This document shows positions 21,258-31,773 of a stretch of DNA of 64,000 nt, piece after piece (position 1 is the stretch's first letter; each line of letters opens with the position of its first letter). The notes under the pieces are model-generated. The model did no database searches. It was not told the DNA's origin and worked only from the letters and a program-made list of their open reading frames with translations. Position numbers and translations under genes: made by a program. The stretch covers positions 1,792,001-1,856,000 of the forward strand of contig CAWJSJ010000002.1 in NCBI GenBank assembly GCA_963845565.1, read 5' to 3'. Source of the stretch: an uncultured Methylomirabilota bacterium. Lineage in GTDB: Bacteria; Methylomirabilota; Methylomirabilia; Methylomirabilales; 2-02-FULL-66-22.

Positions 21258-21376
21258 CGCACCCTCCTGTGCGCGGGGCCAGGCTTCCGGCGATCCCGGA
21301 GGAACCCAGCCCCTCGTGCGTCGGCAGGGTTTCAGGCAGCGCCCAACGGGGCGATCGAGCAGTGACCGCATGCGGC

Positions 21377-23012
21377 CTACTTCAGCCCGCCTCCCGCCCA
21401 ATCATGGGGCTCCATCGTTTTGATTTGGTAGCCGCCGCTCACACTGGCATAGGAGCCGTTGGCCTTGTTCTCCCGCCCTCCGCTGACGCTGGCGGCCGAC
21501 CCGTGCGCGGTGTTGTACGCGCCCCCGCTCACGGTGGCGTGGTCATTGCCTGCAATGTTCGCCTGGCCCCCGCTGACGCTCGCGTAGGCCCCCCTCGCGG
21601 TGTTCCAGCCGCCTCCGCTCACGCTGGCGTCTGGACCGGTTGCCGTGTTTCCATTCCCCCCGCTCACGCTGGCGGCGGTCCCGCTCGCGGTGTTGTAGGA
21701 GCCCCCACTCACCGTGGCGGCCGGGGCGCTCGCAATGTTGGTACTCCCTCCGCACACCGTGGCGGCACCTCCGGCCGCCGTGTTGCTGCTCCCCCCACTC
21801 ACGGTCGCGGCCTTGCCGTTCGCCGTGTTGCTATTCCCCCCACTCACGGTGGCCGCCTCGCCCTCTGCCGTGTTGAGGTAACCCCCGCTCACGCTGACGG
21901 AGACGCCGCTCGCGGTGTTCGCCTGCCCTCCGCTCACACTGGCGGCCACCCCGCTCGCCGTGTTCTTGCTCCCGCCACTCGCGCTGGCGGCACCTCCGCT
22001 CGCCGTGTTGCTGCTCCCCCCACTCACCGTGGCCGCGTCGCCGTTCGCCGTGTTGCGAAATCCGCCGCTCACGCTGGCGTACAGGCCACTCGCGGTGTTC
22101 TCAACACCACCGCTCACGTTGCCGTAGTATCCGCTGGTCGTATTCTCCCGCCCCGCGCTCACGCTGGCGAAGGACCCGCTCGCGGTGTTCCGATTGCCTC
22201 CGGTCACGCTCGTGAAGAACCCGCTCGCGGTGTTAAGCACACCCCCGCTCACGCTGGCGCCGGTCCCGCTGGCGACGTTGCCCTGGCCCCCGCTCACGCT
22301 GCTGTGGGAGTCGCTCGCGGCGTTCCAGCCGCCCCCGCTCACGCTGGCATAGGCGCCGCTCGCGCTGTTCCCGTTGCCGCCGCTCACGCTGGTGTAATGG
22401 CCGGTAGCCTTGTTCTCCCGCCCCCCGCTCACGCTGGCGGCGGGGCCGTACGCGGTATTGGACATTCCCCCGCTGACACTGGCGGACGGCCCGGTGCTGG
22501 TGTTGTACGGACCCCACCACCAGTCCCCCGTACTGGGCGTAATTGTTCATGTCCCCGATCACGAGGTAGTGCGAGCCCGTCTTGTGGGAGACAGCCCACG
22601 TCTGGCCGAACCGTTCACAGGACTCCTTCGCGGTGAATTGGCCGTCCGCGCAGAAGTACGTTCCATCGTCCCGCGCGAGGTCGTAGCCGAGGATCAGATT
22701 CCCCCGGCCATTCACCGTGTCGGTCCGGCCCGTCCCGTTCACAAGCTGAAGGTTCACTCCCGTGAAGCGCACCCGGTGCTGGGCGGGGTCCACGGTAAGG
22801 TAGGGGTTCAAGGCCATGACGGGACTGTTCGCCTGGGCGAGGAGTTGCTGCTCCAGCGCCCGGACCTGGGCTTCGAGCGCCGCCACCTTCGCGTCGAGGG
22901 CGGCAAATCGGTCTAGAAGGTTGAGTTCGGGCGGTGCGGCGGCCATCGCCACCCCCGTCAGGAGCACGACGGCGGTCACGAGAACAGGACCGATGAATCG
23001 GCGGGGTTTCAT
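21377..23012 (-). CDS. exported protein: coiled coil plus ~25 14-aa SVSGGxxNxAxG repeats; frameshift near 22510
   Basis: 42-bp tandem repeats ~21420-22500; N-terminal domain nearly identical to 15811-16589. Confidence 0.8.
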
Positions 23013-23878
23013 GACGCTTCCCTCCCGCTGCGCCCGCTCCCGCACAGGTGCAGACGCCGCGATACGACACCAGGCCACGGACACCGGACAACGGAGGGTC
23101 CCTTGGGCCATCGCTGGCCTCGGCCCTCACCACGTACAAATGCCCATCCGTGGTGGGCCACGCATGGGCATCCAAGAGGGGGCCGGTCCCGAATGAGGGC
23201 ATCCAGGCGGCCCGCTGTGCTGCATTTTCCTGCTTCCACCCTTCCCTCGGCAGGGGGAAGGGGACCGAGCGGCAGGGAGAGCCCGCTTAATAACTAATAT
23301 ATGCCGTGCCTGCGCTTTTGCAATGGCTTTCCCTGGCGGGCGGCTCACTGAGGCAGATTACGCGACCAGGATGAACATAGGAACTCCATGATTCAATGAG
23401 TTGCCACGGTGGTCTTGCCTCTCACGTCGGTTCGTGTAGGCGGGTTGGTCGTGGGATTTGGATGTTCGCAGACATACGCGCAGGCGTGACGCGTCGCTCT
23501 CTCACGTCGCGAGAGATGTGAGGCGATCGGCTGGGATTAATAAAGAGACCCCGCAAGCGACGCGTGTTTGCTCTTGACGAACCTTCACGTCGGCATAGAT
23601 TACTCAGTAGCGTCCCGCGAAGCAAAAGGCGTGTCCCCCGCCTTGAGCATACCTTCCTAGCGGTTGTGCCCTCGTGGTTCTCCACCCCCTGCTCCTGTAC
23701 CTGACGGGCTGCCGTGCCGCAGGGATGTTCCAGATAGGTAAATCTAAACGGGCGAGCGACGGCAAGTCCGAGGAGCACCCGCGCTCCCGTACCCCGCGTG
23801 CTCTCGGCGTCGCAGGAAAGGGACCGGCGGCATAGAGAACGGGAAAGGTCCGTGCCTCGTCACGGAAAGGAGGAGCCC

Positions 23879-24271
23879 ATGGTACCCACGGATCTCCGGG
23901 CCGACATCATCGCGGCCAACCAGCAGTTCATGGCGGCTTTTGGACGACGCGATGCCGCGGGGCTGGCGACCCTGTACACGACGACAGGCCAACTCCTGCC
24001 ACCCAACAGCGAGGTCGTCGCGGGCCGGGAGGCCATCCGCACCTTCTGGCAGGGTGCGATGGATTTGGGCCTCACGCAGGCACAGCTCGACACGATCGAA
24101 GTCGACGGGCACGGGGAGACGGCGGTCGAGGTGGGGAAGTACACCCTGCGGGCGGGGGGCGGGCAGGTCGCGGATACCGGCAAATACGTGGTGATCTGGA
24201 AAACAGAGGGCGGGACCTGGAAACTGCACCGGGACATCTGGAATACGAGCCAAGCCGCGGCCGCCAAGTGA
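23879..24271 (+). CDS. DUF4440/SnoaL-like (YybH) protein
   Basis: DAAGLATLYT, GREAIRTFW, GKYVVIWK...WKLHRDIWN. Confidence 0.9.
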   Translation: MVPTDLRADIIAANQQFMAAFGRRDAAGLATLYTTTGQLLPPNSEVVAGREAIRTFWQGAMDLGLTQAQLDTIEVDGHGETAVEVGKYTLRAGGGQVADTGKYVVIWKTEGGTWKLHRDIWNTSQAAAAK

Positions 24272-24376
24272 GACTCAGGGCAGCCTGGGTGTGCGAGGGC
24301 GGCACGGAGGCTTGGGCGGTCGCGAGAGCCCGCGCCCTGCTGGAGGGGTGGTTGCGTTCCGTCGGCGAAGGAGGGG

Positions 24377-24706
24377 ATGAACCTGGCGAATGACCGAGAC
24401 CCACGGCGAGTCATGGTCACACGGACACAGAGGCTGTGGCAATCGTACGCCGCGGTGAACGTGAGCCTGGCCGACGTCGTGGTCGCGCAGTTGCGCAAGG
24501 GCGAGTACTTCCGGACCACGCTGCCACCGGGGGAGTACCGCGTGCGCATCGCGGAGTTCGGGATGCCGGTGGCGTTGGAAGCGGGGCAGCGTCGCTTCCT
24601 GCGCGCGTCGCCGCCCAACGCGGACGACGTCCCGGCCTTCACGGACGAGGTCGAGGCGATCGAGGAGCTCACGTCCATCATGTTCCCGATCGTTCCGGCG
24701 CTGTAG
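24377..24706 (+). CDS. DUF2846-like protein (possibly N-truncated)
   Basis: AQLRKGEYFRTTLPPGEY...LEAGQRRFLR. Confidence 0.5.
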   Translation: MNLANDRDPRRVMVTRTQRLWQSYAAVNVSLADVVVAQLRKGEYFRTTLPPGEYRVRIAEFGMPVALEAGQRRFLRASPPNADDVPAFTDEVEAIEELTSIMFPIVPAL

Positions 24707-24813
24707 GCACCAGCGTGGGCGAGGATCGGCGCACGACCACCGTCCCGCTCGTTGTGCGCCGACGGTCATCCGCGTCGGGCACCCATAGTCGTCCCACCTC
24801 GGCGCACCCCACC

Positions 24814-25204
24814 ATGGTCTGTGCCCTTGGCCGACGGGTTCTATGAGTGGAAACGGGAAGGGTCGCGCAAGCAGCCCTACCACCTCAAGCTCCGGGACGG
24901 TGAGCCGTTCGCCTTCGCGGGGCTGTGGGATCGATGGCACCCGAAGGACGGCCAACCCCTGGAGACCTGCACCATCCTGACGACCACGCCCAACGAAGTG
25001 CTCCGGCCCCTGCACGACCGGATGCCGGTGATTCTGCCGCCCGATGCCTATAGTCTGTGGCTCGATCCGACGATCGGCGAGGTGGAACACCTCCAGACTC
25101 TCCTAACGCCATACTCGGCCGACGCGATGACCGCCTATCCGGTGAGCACGCGGGTGAACAGTCCGGCGTATGATTCGCCGGAATGCATCGCGCCGCTGGC
25201 GTAA
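24814..25204 (+). pseudogene. 5'-truncated SOS response-associated peptidase (SRAP)
   Basis: ADGFYEWK, FAFAGLW, HDRMPVIL, YPVSTRVN; lacks the catalytic N-terminal MCGR. Confidence 0.88.
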
Positions 25205-25309
25205 CGCGGATTCCGTACCCGCCCCTCATGGGTTACACTACCGACTACAGGGCAGGCGTGCTGCCGCTGACACTGCGTAGGGTGTATGTCACAAGGAGTG
25301 GAGGGAGCC

Positions 25310-25597
25310 ATGGCTGCCTACTTCATCGTCGACGTGGATGTGAAGAATGCGAAAGCGTATGAGTCGTACAAACACTCCGCCGCCGCCTCCATTGCCCAGT
25401 ACGGCGGCCGGTATCTCGTCCGGGGTGGGACGCACGAGGTACTGGAGGGGGAGTGGCACCCGACGCGCCTCGTGGTGCTGGAGTTCCCTAGTGTGGACGC
25501 GGCGAAGCGCTGGTATACGTCCCCAGAATACGCCGACGTCAAGCCCATCCGCCTGGAACACGCCGTGAGCGATATGGTCCTCGTGGACGGCGTCTAG
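25310..25597 (+). CDS. DUF1330 family protein
   Basis: YGGRYLVRGG..EVLEG...VVLEFPS...WY.SPEY. Confidence 0.92.
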   Translation: MAAYFIVDVDVKNAKAYESYKHSAAASIAQYGGRYLVRGGTHEVLEGEWHPTRLVVLEFPSVDAAKRWYTSPEYADVKPIRLEHAVSDMVLVDGV

Positions 25598-25995
25598 CCG
25601 ATCCTCACGCGGCGAGTCGGGTGCCGGTCCCCAGCCCATCCACGAATGAGCAACCCCACGCATGACTCACCCGAATGGATCGCAGCTCTGGCTTGACTCC
25701 CCTCTCCTCTGGAAGCCCTGCTGAGCCGTCCTGGAGCGGAAGGGCGCTGACCAGGGAGGCGCGGGTGCTGGGCGGCGATCACGTGGCTGAAGGCCAAAAT
25801 GCCGAAGGTGAGGTAGCGGATCCCCAGTTTGGTCGGTTCAGTCTCGGCGCAACGACCCGCGTCGGCCAGCTCTTCGACGTCCCCAATTGGCCGGAGACCC
25901 CACCCCACTAACCATCGCCCCGAGCTAGGACATCCCCGCGGTGATCCAGAACCGGGAAACCGCAGGCCGCGAGGCCCGCGTGCCGCCGGAACGGT

Positions 25996-26352
25996 TCATC
26001 GATCCCAGGGCGCTGCCGGAGGCCATGCCCCGCCCCACGGCGCCGGGGGCGGCCACTGGTCTCGCTCTCGTGTGGGCAGAGGCGGCGGCGCGTCCTCGGG
26101 GGACCGTGGTGGGGGGGCAGGCCCCGTGCCGCCCGCGCGGTCCTGTATCTCGGCACTGACGCACGTCATCAACCCCGCCAGCGACGGCAGATCGAGAGCT
26201 GCGGCAGCAGTTGCGAAACGGGCGGCGAGGTCCCGGCACTCGGCCGAGGGCTCGGCGTGGGCCGGACCGAGAGCCGACACCCACAGACCGAGCGCGGGGA
26301 TGATGACGCAGATGCTGACACGAGTCCTCCTACCCATGCGCAGGTTCCTCAT
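25996..26352 (-). CDS. small exported protein with Pro-rich tail
   Basis: signal peptide AHA|EPS, Cys pair. Confidence 0.55.
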   Translation of the reverse strand: MRNLRMGRRTRVSICVIIPALGLWVSALGPAHAEPSAECRDLAARFATAAAALDLPSLAGLMTCVSAEIQDRAGGTGPAPPPRSPEDAPPPLPTRERDQWPPPAPWGGAWPPAAPWDR

Positions 26353-26638
26353 GGCGCGCCCCCTGGCGTTCTAGGTGTGGGACACCAGGATACCATGCGA
26401 GCCCTCGTGTTCTCCACCCCTAGGTTGCGGGGACCACGGCACCGGACCAGAAGGCCCGCGCCGGGGCAGCGGGGTCGTGAACACCCCGGCGTATGCCGCG
26501 CCCGAGGGCATGGTGCCCCTGGCTTGACTCCCGCCCTTGACGCCCCGCTGAACGTCTCGGCGGAACACGGGGTGATCACGCAGGCCATGGCGCTGGCGGG
26601 AGATCCGGCGACTCCGCGAGAAGGCGGTGACAGCCCGC

Positions 26639-26676
26639 CAGATACACCAGAAGCGCCGAGGTGGCCCCGACGCTCG
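26639..26676 (-). terminator. conserved 38-bp hairpin, copy a
   Basis: minus strand GAGCGTCGGG/CTCGGCGCTT stem then CTGGTGTATCTG; 39 nt 3' of the OMP stop. Confidence 0.65.
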
Positions 26677-26715
26677 TCGGGGTCTCGCACGTGGCGAAAG
26701 CCCCCCGCAACGAGC

Positions 26716-27549
26716 TTAGAAGTGGAACGCGAGGCCGCCGACGACGTGGTTCACGTTCAAATCAGCCTCGATCTTCGTGCTCTGGACGTTCCAAGAATGG
26801 CTGGAGTGTGTGAACTTGTATTCCGCAAACAACGCTACATGCCGGGTCAAGAATACTTTGCCGCCAGCCAGTGCCTGAAAGGCAAATCCGGTGTCCTGTG
26901 CCGATCCCACGCCGCTAATCTCCAGGGCGGCAGTTTCCACTCCGGCCCCGACCCCTACGTACCCTTGCAGGCGGCCGTTGGGGAACGACGGGCTCTGATA
27001 GAGGGGCACGCGCGTGAGCACGTTGACAGCGACGATGGTGGCGTCAATGTCGAAGCTCGGAAGAACGAGGGGGATCGAACCGGACAGAGTCAATCTTTGG
27101 CCCGGGCGTGGGACCAGCGAACCAGCAGGCCCTCCTTGTGGTCGATCAGATATCCACTGGCCTTTCATGGTGACCAGCTGCGCGTCCCAATCAGGAGTGA
27201 AATGCGTGACGTCGATCTCCGCTCCAAAGTCGAGTCCGGTCGCTGCCCGAAACGCCAATGTCCAGGCACCTACCTTGCCGCCGAAGGCAAACGATGAGTT
27301 CAACTGCATATCGGGAAAGGTGCCGGTCGCTGTCCCGGGATCAACATTTATACCCCCCCGTATGAGAACCGTCGGGACGTTCGTGCCGCCAACATCGGTG
27401 TCGAAAGGAAACGCGCCACCCCCGAAAACGGACACTGAGAAGTCCCAGTCGGGAACAATCTGCGCGTGAATGGGAGTTGGATGAAAGGACAGCAGGATAA
27501 CGAGAGCGGGGCCAATCACAGGCAGCGCCCAACGAGCTTTGCTCCTCAT
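26716..27549 (-). CDS. outer-membrane beta-barrel protein (Opa/OmpA-like)
   Basis: signal peptide, YVGVGAG, ALFAEYKF, C-terminal GLAFHF. Confidence 0.85.
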   Translation of the reverse strand: MRSKARWALPVIGPALVILLSFHPTPIHAQIVPDWDFSVSVFGGGAFPFDTDVGGTNVPTVLIRGGINVDPGTATGTFPDMQLNSSFAFGGKVGAWTLAFRAATGLDFGAEIDVTHFTPDWDAQLVTMKGQWISDRPQGGPAGSLVPRPGQRLTLSGSIPLVLPSFDIDATIVAVNVLTRVPLYQSPSFPNGRLQGYVGVGAGVETAALEISGVGSAQDTGFAFQALAGGKVFLTRHVALFAEYKFTHSSHSWNVQSTKIEADLNVNHVVGGLAFHF

Positions 27550-27919
27550 GACCCACCTCCTGATAAATGCTTTACGACAGGTCAAACGAAGCCCGGAGTC
27601 CTCAACACGAGGAAGCGGCCTTGGCGTTCGGGGCGGGACGGCGTCATGCGCACTCCCATGCGTATGAGGTGGTTCAATTCCAGAGATCGGATTGCCTCGC
27701 GGGGTGTGCATCGGACGCCTCCCCCGGCCAGCCGGCAGGCCGCCGGGCACGAGGCCGAGCGTGCTCCAGCGTCGAACGAGAACGGGGACCGGGTGACGGA
27801 AGAGCGTACAACGACCCGCCAGGGGTCGGTGATCGCGAACGGAAGGCGTATAGGAACGAGGACGACGCTACTCCCTGGCTCCGCCGGTTGTCAACGACAT
27901 TGGGAGCGCGCGTGGACGT

Positions 27920-28060
27920 TACGACCGATCCGCCGCCGGGCCTGATCCCGGTTCCGCTGAAGGGCGCGGTGCTACTCCTGACGGCCGCCGAGTTTACCGC
28001 GGGGGTGCGCCGCGGAAAGTAATCGCGGAGGCGGCTAGCGATGCTACGGCGCGGCGGTCA
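27920..28060 (+). pseudogene. remnant of a small hypothetical gene
   Basis: GLIPVPLKGAVLLLTAAEFTAGVRRGK-TAA-SRRRLAM; protein-like text without a good start. Confidence 0.35.
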
Positions 28061-28096
28061 GAAACACCACGAGCACCGAGGTGGCCTCGACGCTCG
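28059..28096 (-). terminator. conserved 38-bp hairpin, copy b
   Basis: CGAGCGTCGAGG-CCA-CCTCGGTGCTCG then TGGTGTTTCTG. Confidence 0.65.
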
Positions 28097-28136
28097 GGTC
28101 AGAAGATCCGGTCGTGAGAACGACCACCGGGCGGGG

Positions 28137-28240
28137 TTAGGAGCCGTTACGAAATAACCTATACATCTTTTCTATTTCGTTACGGCTCCTTATGCCGTTT
28201 CGGAATGTCTCCGCTCAACTAATTCTTTGACAACGGCTTA
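28137..28240 (-). mobile_element. ~105-bp element, copy 2
   Basis: same structure as 1978-2083; terminal TTA is the stop of 28238-28865. Confidence 0.8.
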
Positions 28241-28865
28241 CCGCCCATCCGCGGGCGTCAGGTAGGTCATGTACTTCTCCCGTTCCGGGTCCTTCTCGAA
28301 GAAGTCCACCAGGCCGGCCACCTCTGCCTTTTTCGCTGCCTCCCAGGTCTGGATTCGCTCCGCCACCGGCACGATAAACTCAAGCTCCTGCTTCAGCGCG
28401 TCGACCTTGTCCCAGTACTCGGATCCCTGGGTCACCGGGATCATGGCCAGGCGCGCTTTCATCCCCCCATATCGCGGGACAGTGAGGATGTAGTAGCTCC
28501 GCCCGGGAGCGAGGTCCGCCTCCACCGCCACCTTGTTCTCGGCGATGCCGATGAATAGGTGCCTCCCAGGAGCGCAGAGGTACGCGAAGTACGATTTCGC
28601 CCCACTCATGCCGATGAATTGGTCCCGGTCCCAGACCTGGAAGCTGGCGTACGGCCAATTGAGCTGGAACGTATTCCCGGATGGCCGCATGACGTACACG
28701 AGGGCCTTATCCGGCGGCGGCCCAGCGGTCGGCGCGTCCGCCTTGACCATGTACTGGACCACCGACGATCCCGGTCACCCAATTGCGTACCGTGTTGCGT
28801 GCCATGCATCCCGCCAACCCCAGGGCGCATACGATGACGATCCCGGTCACCCATTTGCGCGCCAT
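28238..28865 (-). CDS. DUF2846-like lipoprotein (frameshift near 28760)
   Basis: lipobox LAGC; PDKALVYVMRP...SYFAYLCAPGRHLF...LAPGRSYY. Confidence 0.7.
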
Positions 28866-29086
28866 AATGCCTCCGTTTCCGGTTCTCGGCTCCTTCGCCG
28901 TGGCGTCTCACGCTCACGCGGTCCGCGTTCGGTATCGACGGTCAGCCCCTCTTACGTTTACGGCAAGGAAACGCCGGCGCATGCCGAAGCGCCCCCGCCG
29001 ACCACCGACATGGTCACCGAGGGCGTGGAATGATTGCGGGGAGGAAGCTGCTCATGTCCCTATGACCTGTCACCGTGGAGAGAACC

Positions 29087-29124
29087 CAGGACCCCACGAG
29101 CGCCGAGGGGACCCCCGACGCTCG
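29087..29124 (-). terminator. conserved 38-bp hairpin, copy c
   Basis: CGAGCGTCGGGG-GTC-CCTCGGCGCTCG then TGGGGTCCTG; 24 nt 3' of the SGNH stop. Confidence 0.65.
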
Positions 29125-29148
29125 CAGGATATACCTGGTGAACGCCTG

Positions 29149-29882
29149 CTAGTGCGCTTTGATGGCGTCGGCAAACGTCTTTGCCATGACCCCGTATCCG
29201 GCATTCGTGGGATGGACCTGCCCGGACTCGGCACCGCGCCTCTCCGCCAGCAAGAGGCCGTGCCGCCCGTCGAACGCGCTGAAGATGTCGACGAGCGTCG
29301 CATTCGGGAACGCAGACACGACCTGGGCAATCACCTGGTTGGCCGCCGCGATCAGTTCTGCCTCGCCCGGCACACCCAGCCTCGGATCGTACTGGTTGGC
29401 TACGTAGATGTGGGCATCGGGGACTGTCGTGGCGAGGCTCGCCAGAATGGCGGCGAGATTGTCGACGAGCATCAGCGAATCACTGTGTCTGCGTCGGCAC
29501 CGAAGAAGATCTGGAACAAGTCGTTGCCGCCGACCGTGAGGGTGATGACCTTCCGATAGGTTGCCCCTGTTTCGGCGAAGAAGAGCGGCACCATCGGGAC
29601 TTGGTAGGCGAGCACGTCTGCACTCATGGCGTTCGGCACCCCGACATTGCAGAGGAGCAGATTATTCACCTTGTCAATGGCCCTGCTCTGATAGAGCTGG
29701 TACACGAAGCCCTGGGTGGCCGGATGCGCCCCGTACCCAGCCGAGAGGCTGTCGCCCAATGCCATGTAGCGGGTATTGTCCGCAAACGACGTCCAGTACT
29801 GCGCCGATGCGGGTGCGGTAACCAGCAATCCGACGAGAAGCACCATGCCCATCAGTGTCCGAGTTGTCCGGGCTCTTTTCAT
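29149..29882 (-). CDS. exported SGNH/GDSL hydrolase (frameshift near 29475)
   Basis: ALGDSLSAG, TVGGND, VHPTNAGY. Confidence 0.85.
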
Positions 29883-30357
29883 CAGACTCCCTCCTGTCGA
29901 TGTGCGGGAATGCGGGGGGGCCATGCCGGGACGCCATACCAAGGAAGCCAGTCCGACCGCCCGTGGGCGCCGAGCAACCCCCACCTCCCGCACGTTGCGC
30001 GGCGCGTTCGGCCCATGATCCCTCCTTTCCGGGTTGCGTTGAATACTCGCCGATGGCTCGCGGTCACCGAGGCGCAGAGAACACAAACGCCCTCACCGAC
30101 CATCGGCATGGTCAACGAGGGCGCAAACAAAACCCGACCCAGGCACACGTTTCGGCTCCCCGAGGCCCGGAGGGTTAAATTATGACAGATGAAAGTCAAG
30201 CTACACCGATCCCATGCGGCGGTCAATCACAATCCGAACGTGCGGCGCTACCAGGACACACGCGAAACGACCAGCCCAGCGCGACGGCCCACCCTCCCGT
30301 TTGCCTGTGTGTGACGCTGCCATCCTTGCCCTCGCCCCCGTGAGGGGATGCGGTGTC

Positions 30358-31401
30358 CTATTCGGACGCCGGGCGCTCCGCGTCGCTCGTGGGAGGCTGC
30401 ACCTGGAGCGCCCGGCTCTTGCTCTGGGCTCGGGCCGCCGGCGCCTCGGGCTCAATGGCCGGTGGGATCGCCACCCCGAACACCTGCGCGACGATCTCCC
30501 GCGCCATCTCCTGGAGGAGCTGATCCAGCCCGTCCCGCAGAAGCTGGGCGTCGTTGGCGCCCCAGTCGGGGAACGTGGCTCCCCGCCCGGTATGCTCCCC
30601 CGCATGATCGTAGAGGACGGTTCCGTCCGCGGTCCGGAGCACCCGCGTGCGGGCCGTGACGGCCACGGTGAGGTACGGATTGAGGTTCGCCGCCCTGATG
30701 CGCCCGAGGTTGTCGCCCCCAGCGCGCCCGCTCGTGCGCGATTGTAAGGCCAGCCGCTGGAGCGTGATCTCGATCACGGTGTCGATGCCGTGCGCGGCCA
30801 ACGGCCGGTACCGTGGTGGTCTCCGCCGCGGGCGGGCAACGCTCCCCAGGCAGGGGCACCAGGGTCCGCCGGGTGTGCGCGGCGGCCAGCCGGAACACCG
30901 CATCCCGCACCACGGCCTGGTGCGTCCGCGCGGCCAGCACCGCCGTGATGGCCGTCTCGGCGGCCTCGATGGTGTCAGCCGGCACCCCGTCCGTGGCCTG
31001 ATCGATGGCGTAGCGGGTGGCCAGGTAGGGCGTCGCCACGACCAGGGCACAGCCCGCCACACATTGGGCACATCCGCCGAGAACCCCAAGGCACCCAACG
31101 GCCCCCAGCACCCCGAGTCCCAGCCCTTGGCCGCCCCAATGGCGGCACCACCTTTGCCGCCCTGGCCGGGGGTCCGGTAGTCCACCTTGGGGGGGACGGG
31201 GGCCACGACGACCCCAATGGTCCCGAGCTGCGCTTGGGTCGCCTCCGCAAGGGGGGACGGGGGCCTATGCGCGCAGCCAAGCAGGACCGCGAGCACCAGG
31301 AGGGACAGGACGAGATGGACGGGACACCGTCCAGGGCCCGCCGCCGGGGTCCTTCCAATCGCCTTTGCACGCAATCCGTCGGGTGTTCCGTGTGTGGCCA
31401 T
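30358..31401 (-). CDS. lipoprotein (two compensating frameshifts near 31120 and 30820)
   Basis: lipobox LLGC; AQLGTIGVV, IDTVIEI; paralogue of 36726-37634. Confidence 0.65.
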   Translation of the reverse strand: MATHGTPDGLRAKAIGRTPAAGPGRCPVHLVLSLLVLAVLLGCAHRPPSPLAEATQAQLGTIGVVVAPVPPKVDYRTPGQGGKGGAAIGAAKGWDSGCWGPLGALGFSADVPNVWRAVPWSWRRPTWPPATPSIRPRTGCRLTPSRPPRRPSRRCWPRGRTRPWCGMRCSGWPPRTPGGPWCPCLGSVARPRRRPPRYRPLAAHGIDTVIEITLQRLALQSRTSGRAGGDNLGRIRAANLNPYLTVAVTARTRVLRTADGTVLYDHAGEHTGRGATFPDWGANDAQLLRDGLDQLLQEMAREIVAQVFGVAIPPAIEPEAPAARAQSKSRALQVQPPTSDAERPASE

Positions 31402-31688
31402 GGCGCCCTCCTTTGTCTGCCCTGGTGAAAGCATGTCGAGGTGCCAGGAACGGGGGAGGGGCCACTGGCTGGGAGGCGCCGGCGTGGAACTCGTTGGATT
31501 TGCTATCGTTGGCGCATTACGCGACGGGGCGCTTGGTGCGAGGGCGAAACCCGTCGGGTGCCGATGGTCTGGAGCGCCGGGACCGGCGAACCGCCTAGCG
31601 CCCTAGGCGTCGGAGAGAATGCAATTCACGGCCTGACCCGAGCGTCCAGGATGTGGCATGGCGGCAACGCCTCCTGTAACCATCCCCT

Positions 31689-31773
31689 GCCGAGGAGATG
31701 ATCGCCTACCCGGTGAGCACGCGGGTGAACAACCCGGCGAACGACTCGCCCGCGTGCATTGCGCCCCTGGCGA
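31689..31773 (+). pseudogene. second SRAP 3'-end remnant
   Basis: EMIAYPVSTRVNNPANDSPACIAPLA matches the end of 24814-25204. Confidence 0.85.

Noticed and set aside
21420..22500. 42-bp periodic repeats as a CRISPR array
   Set aside because: They are in-frame coding repeats with wobble variation; no unique spacers or cas genes
15811..23012. Paralogous segments as DGR template/variable repeats
   Set aside because: No reverse transcriptase in the window, and differences do not look adenine-specific
26639..29124. 38-bp hairpins as canonical integron attC sites
   Set aside because: No RYYYAAC/GTTRRRY core sites and no integron integrase
29472..29474. TGA in the SGNH gene as selenocysteine
   Set aside because: The downstream homology is in a different frame, so it is a frameshift, and the position is not a Cys site
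31430..31446. sigma54-like TGGCAC...TGC on the minus strand
   Set aside because: The -24/-12 spacing is off by one
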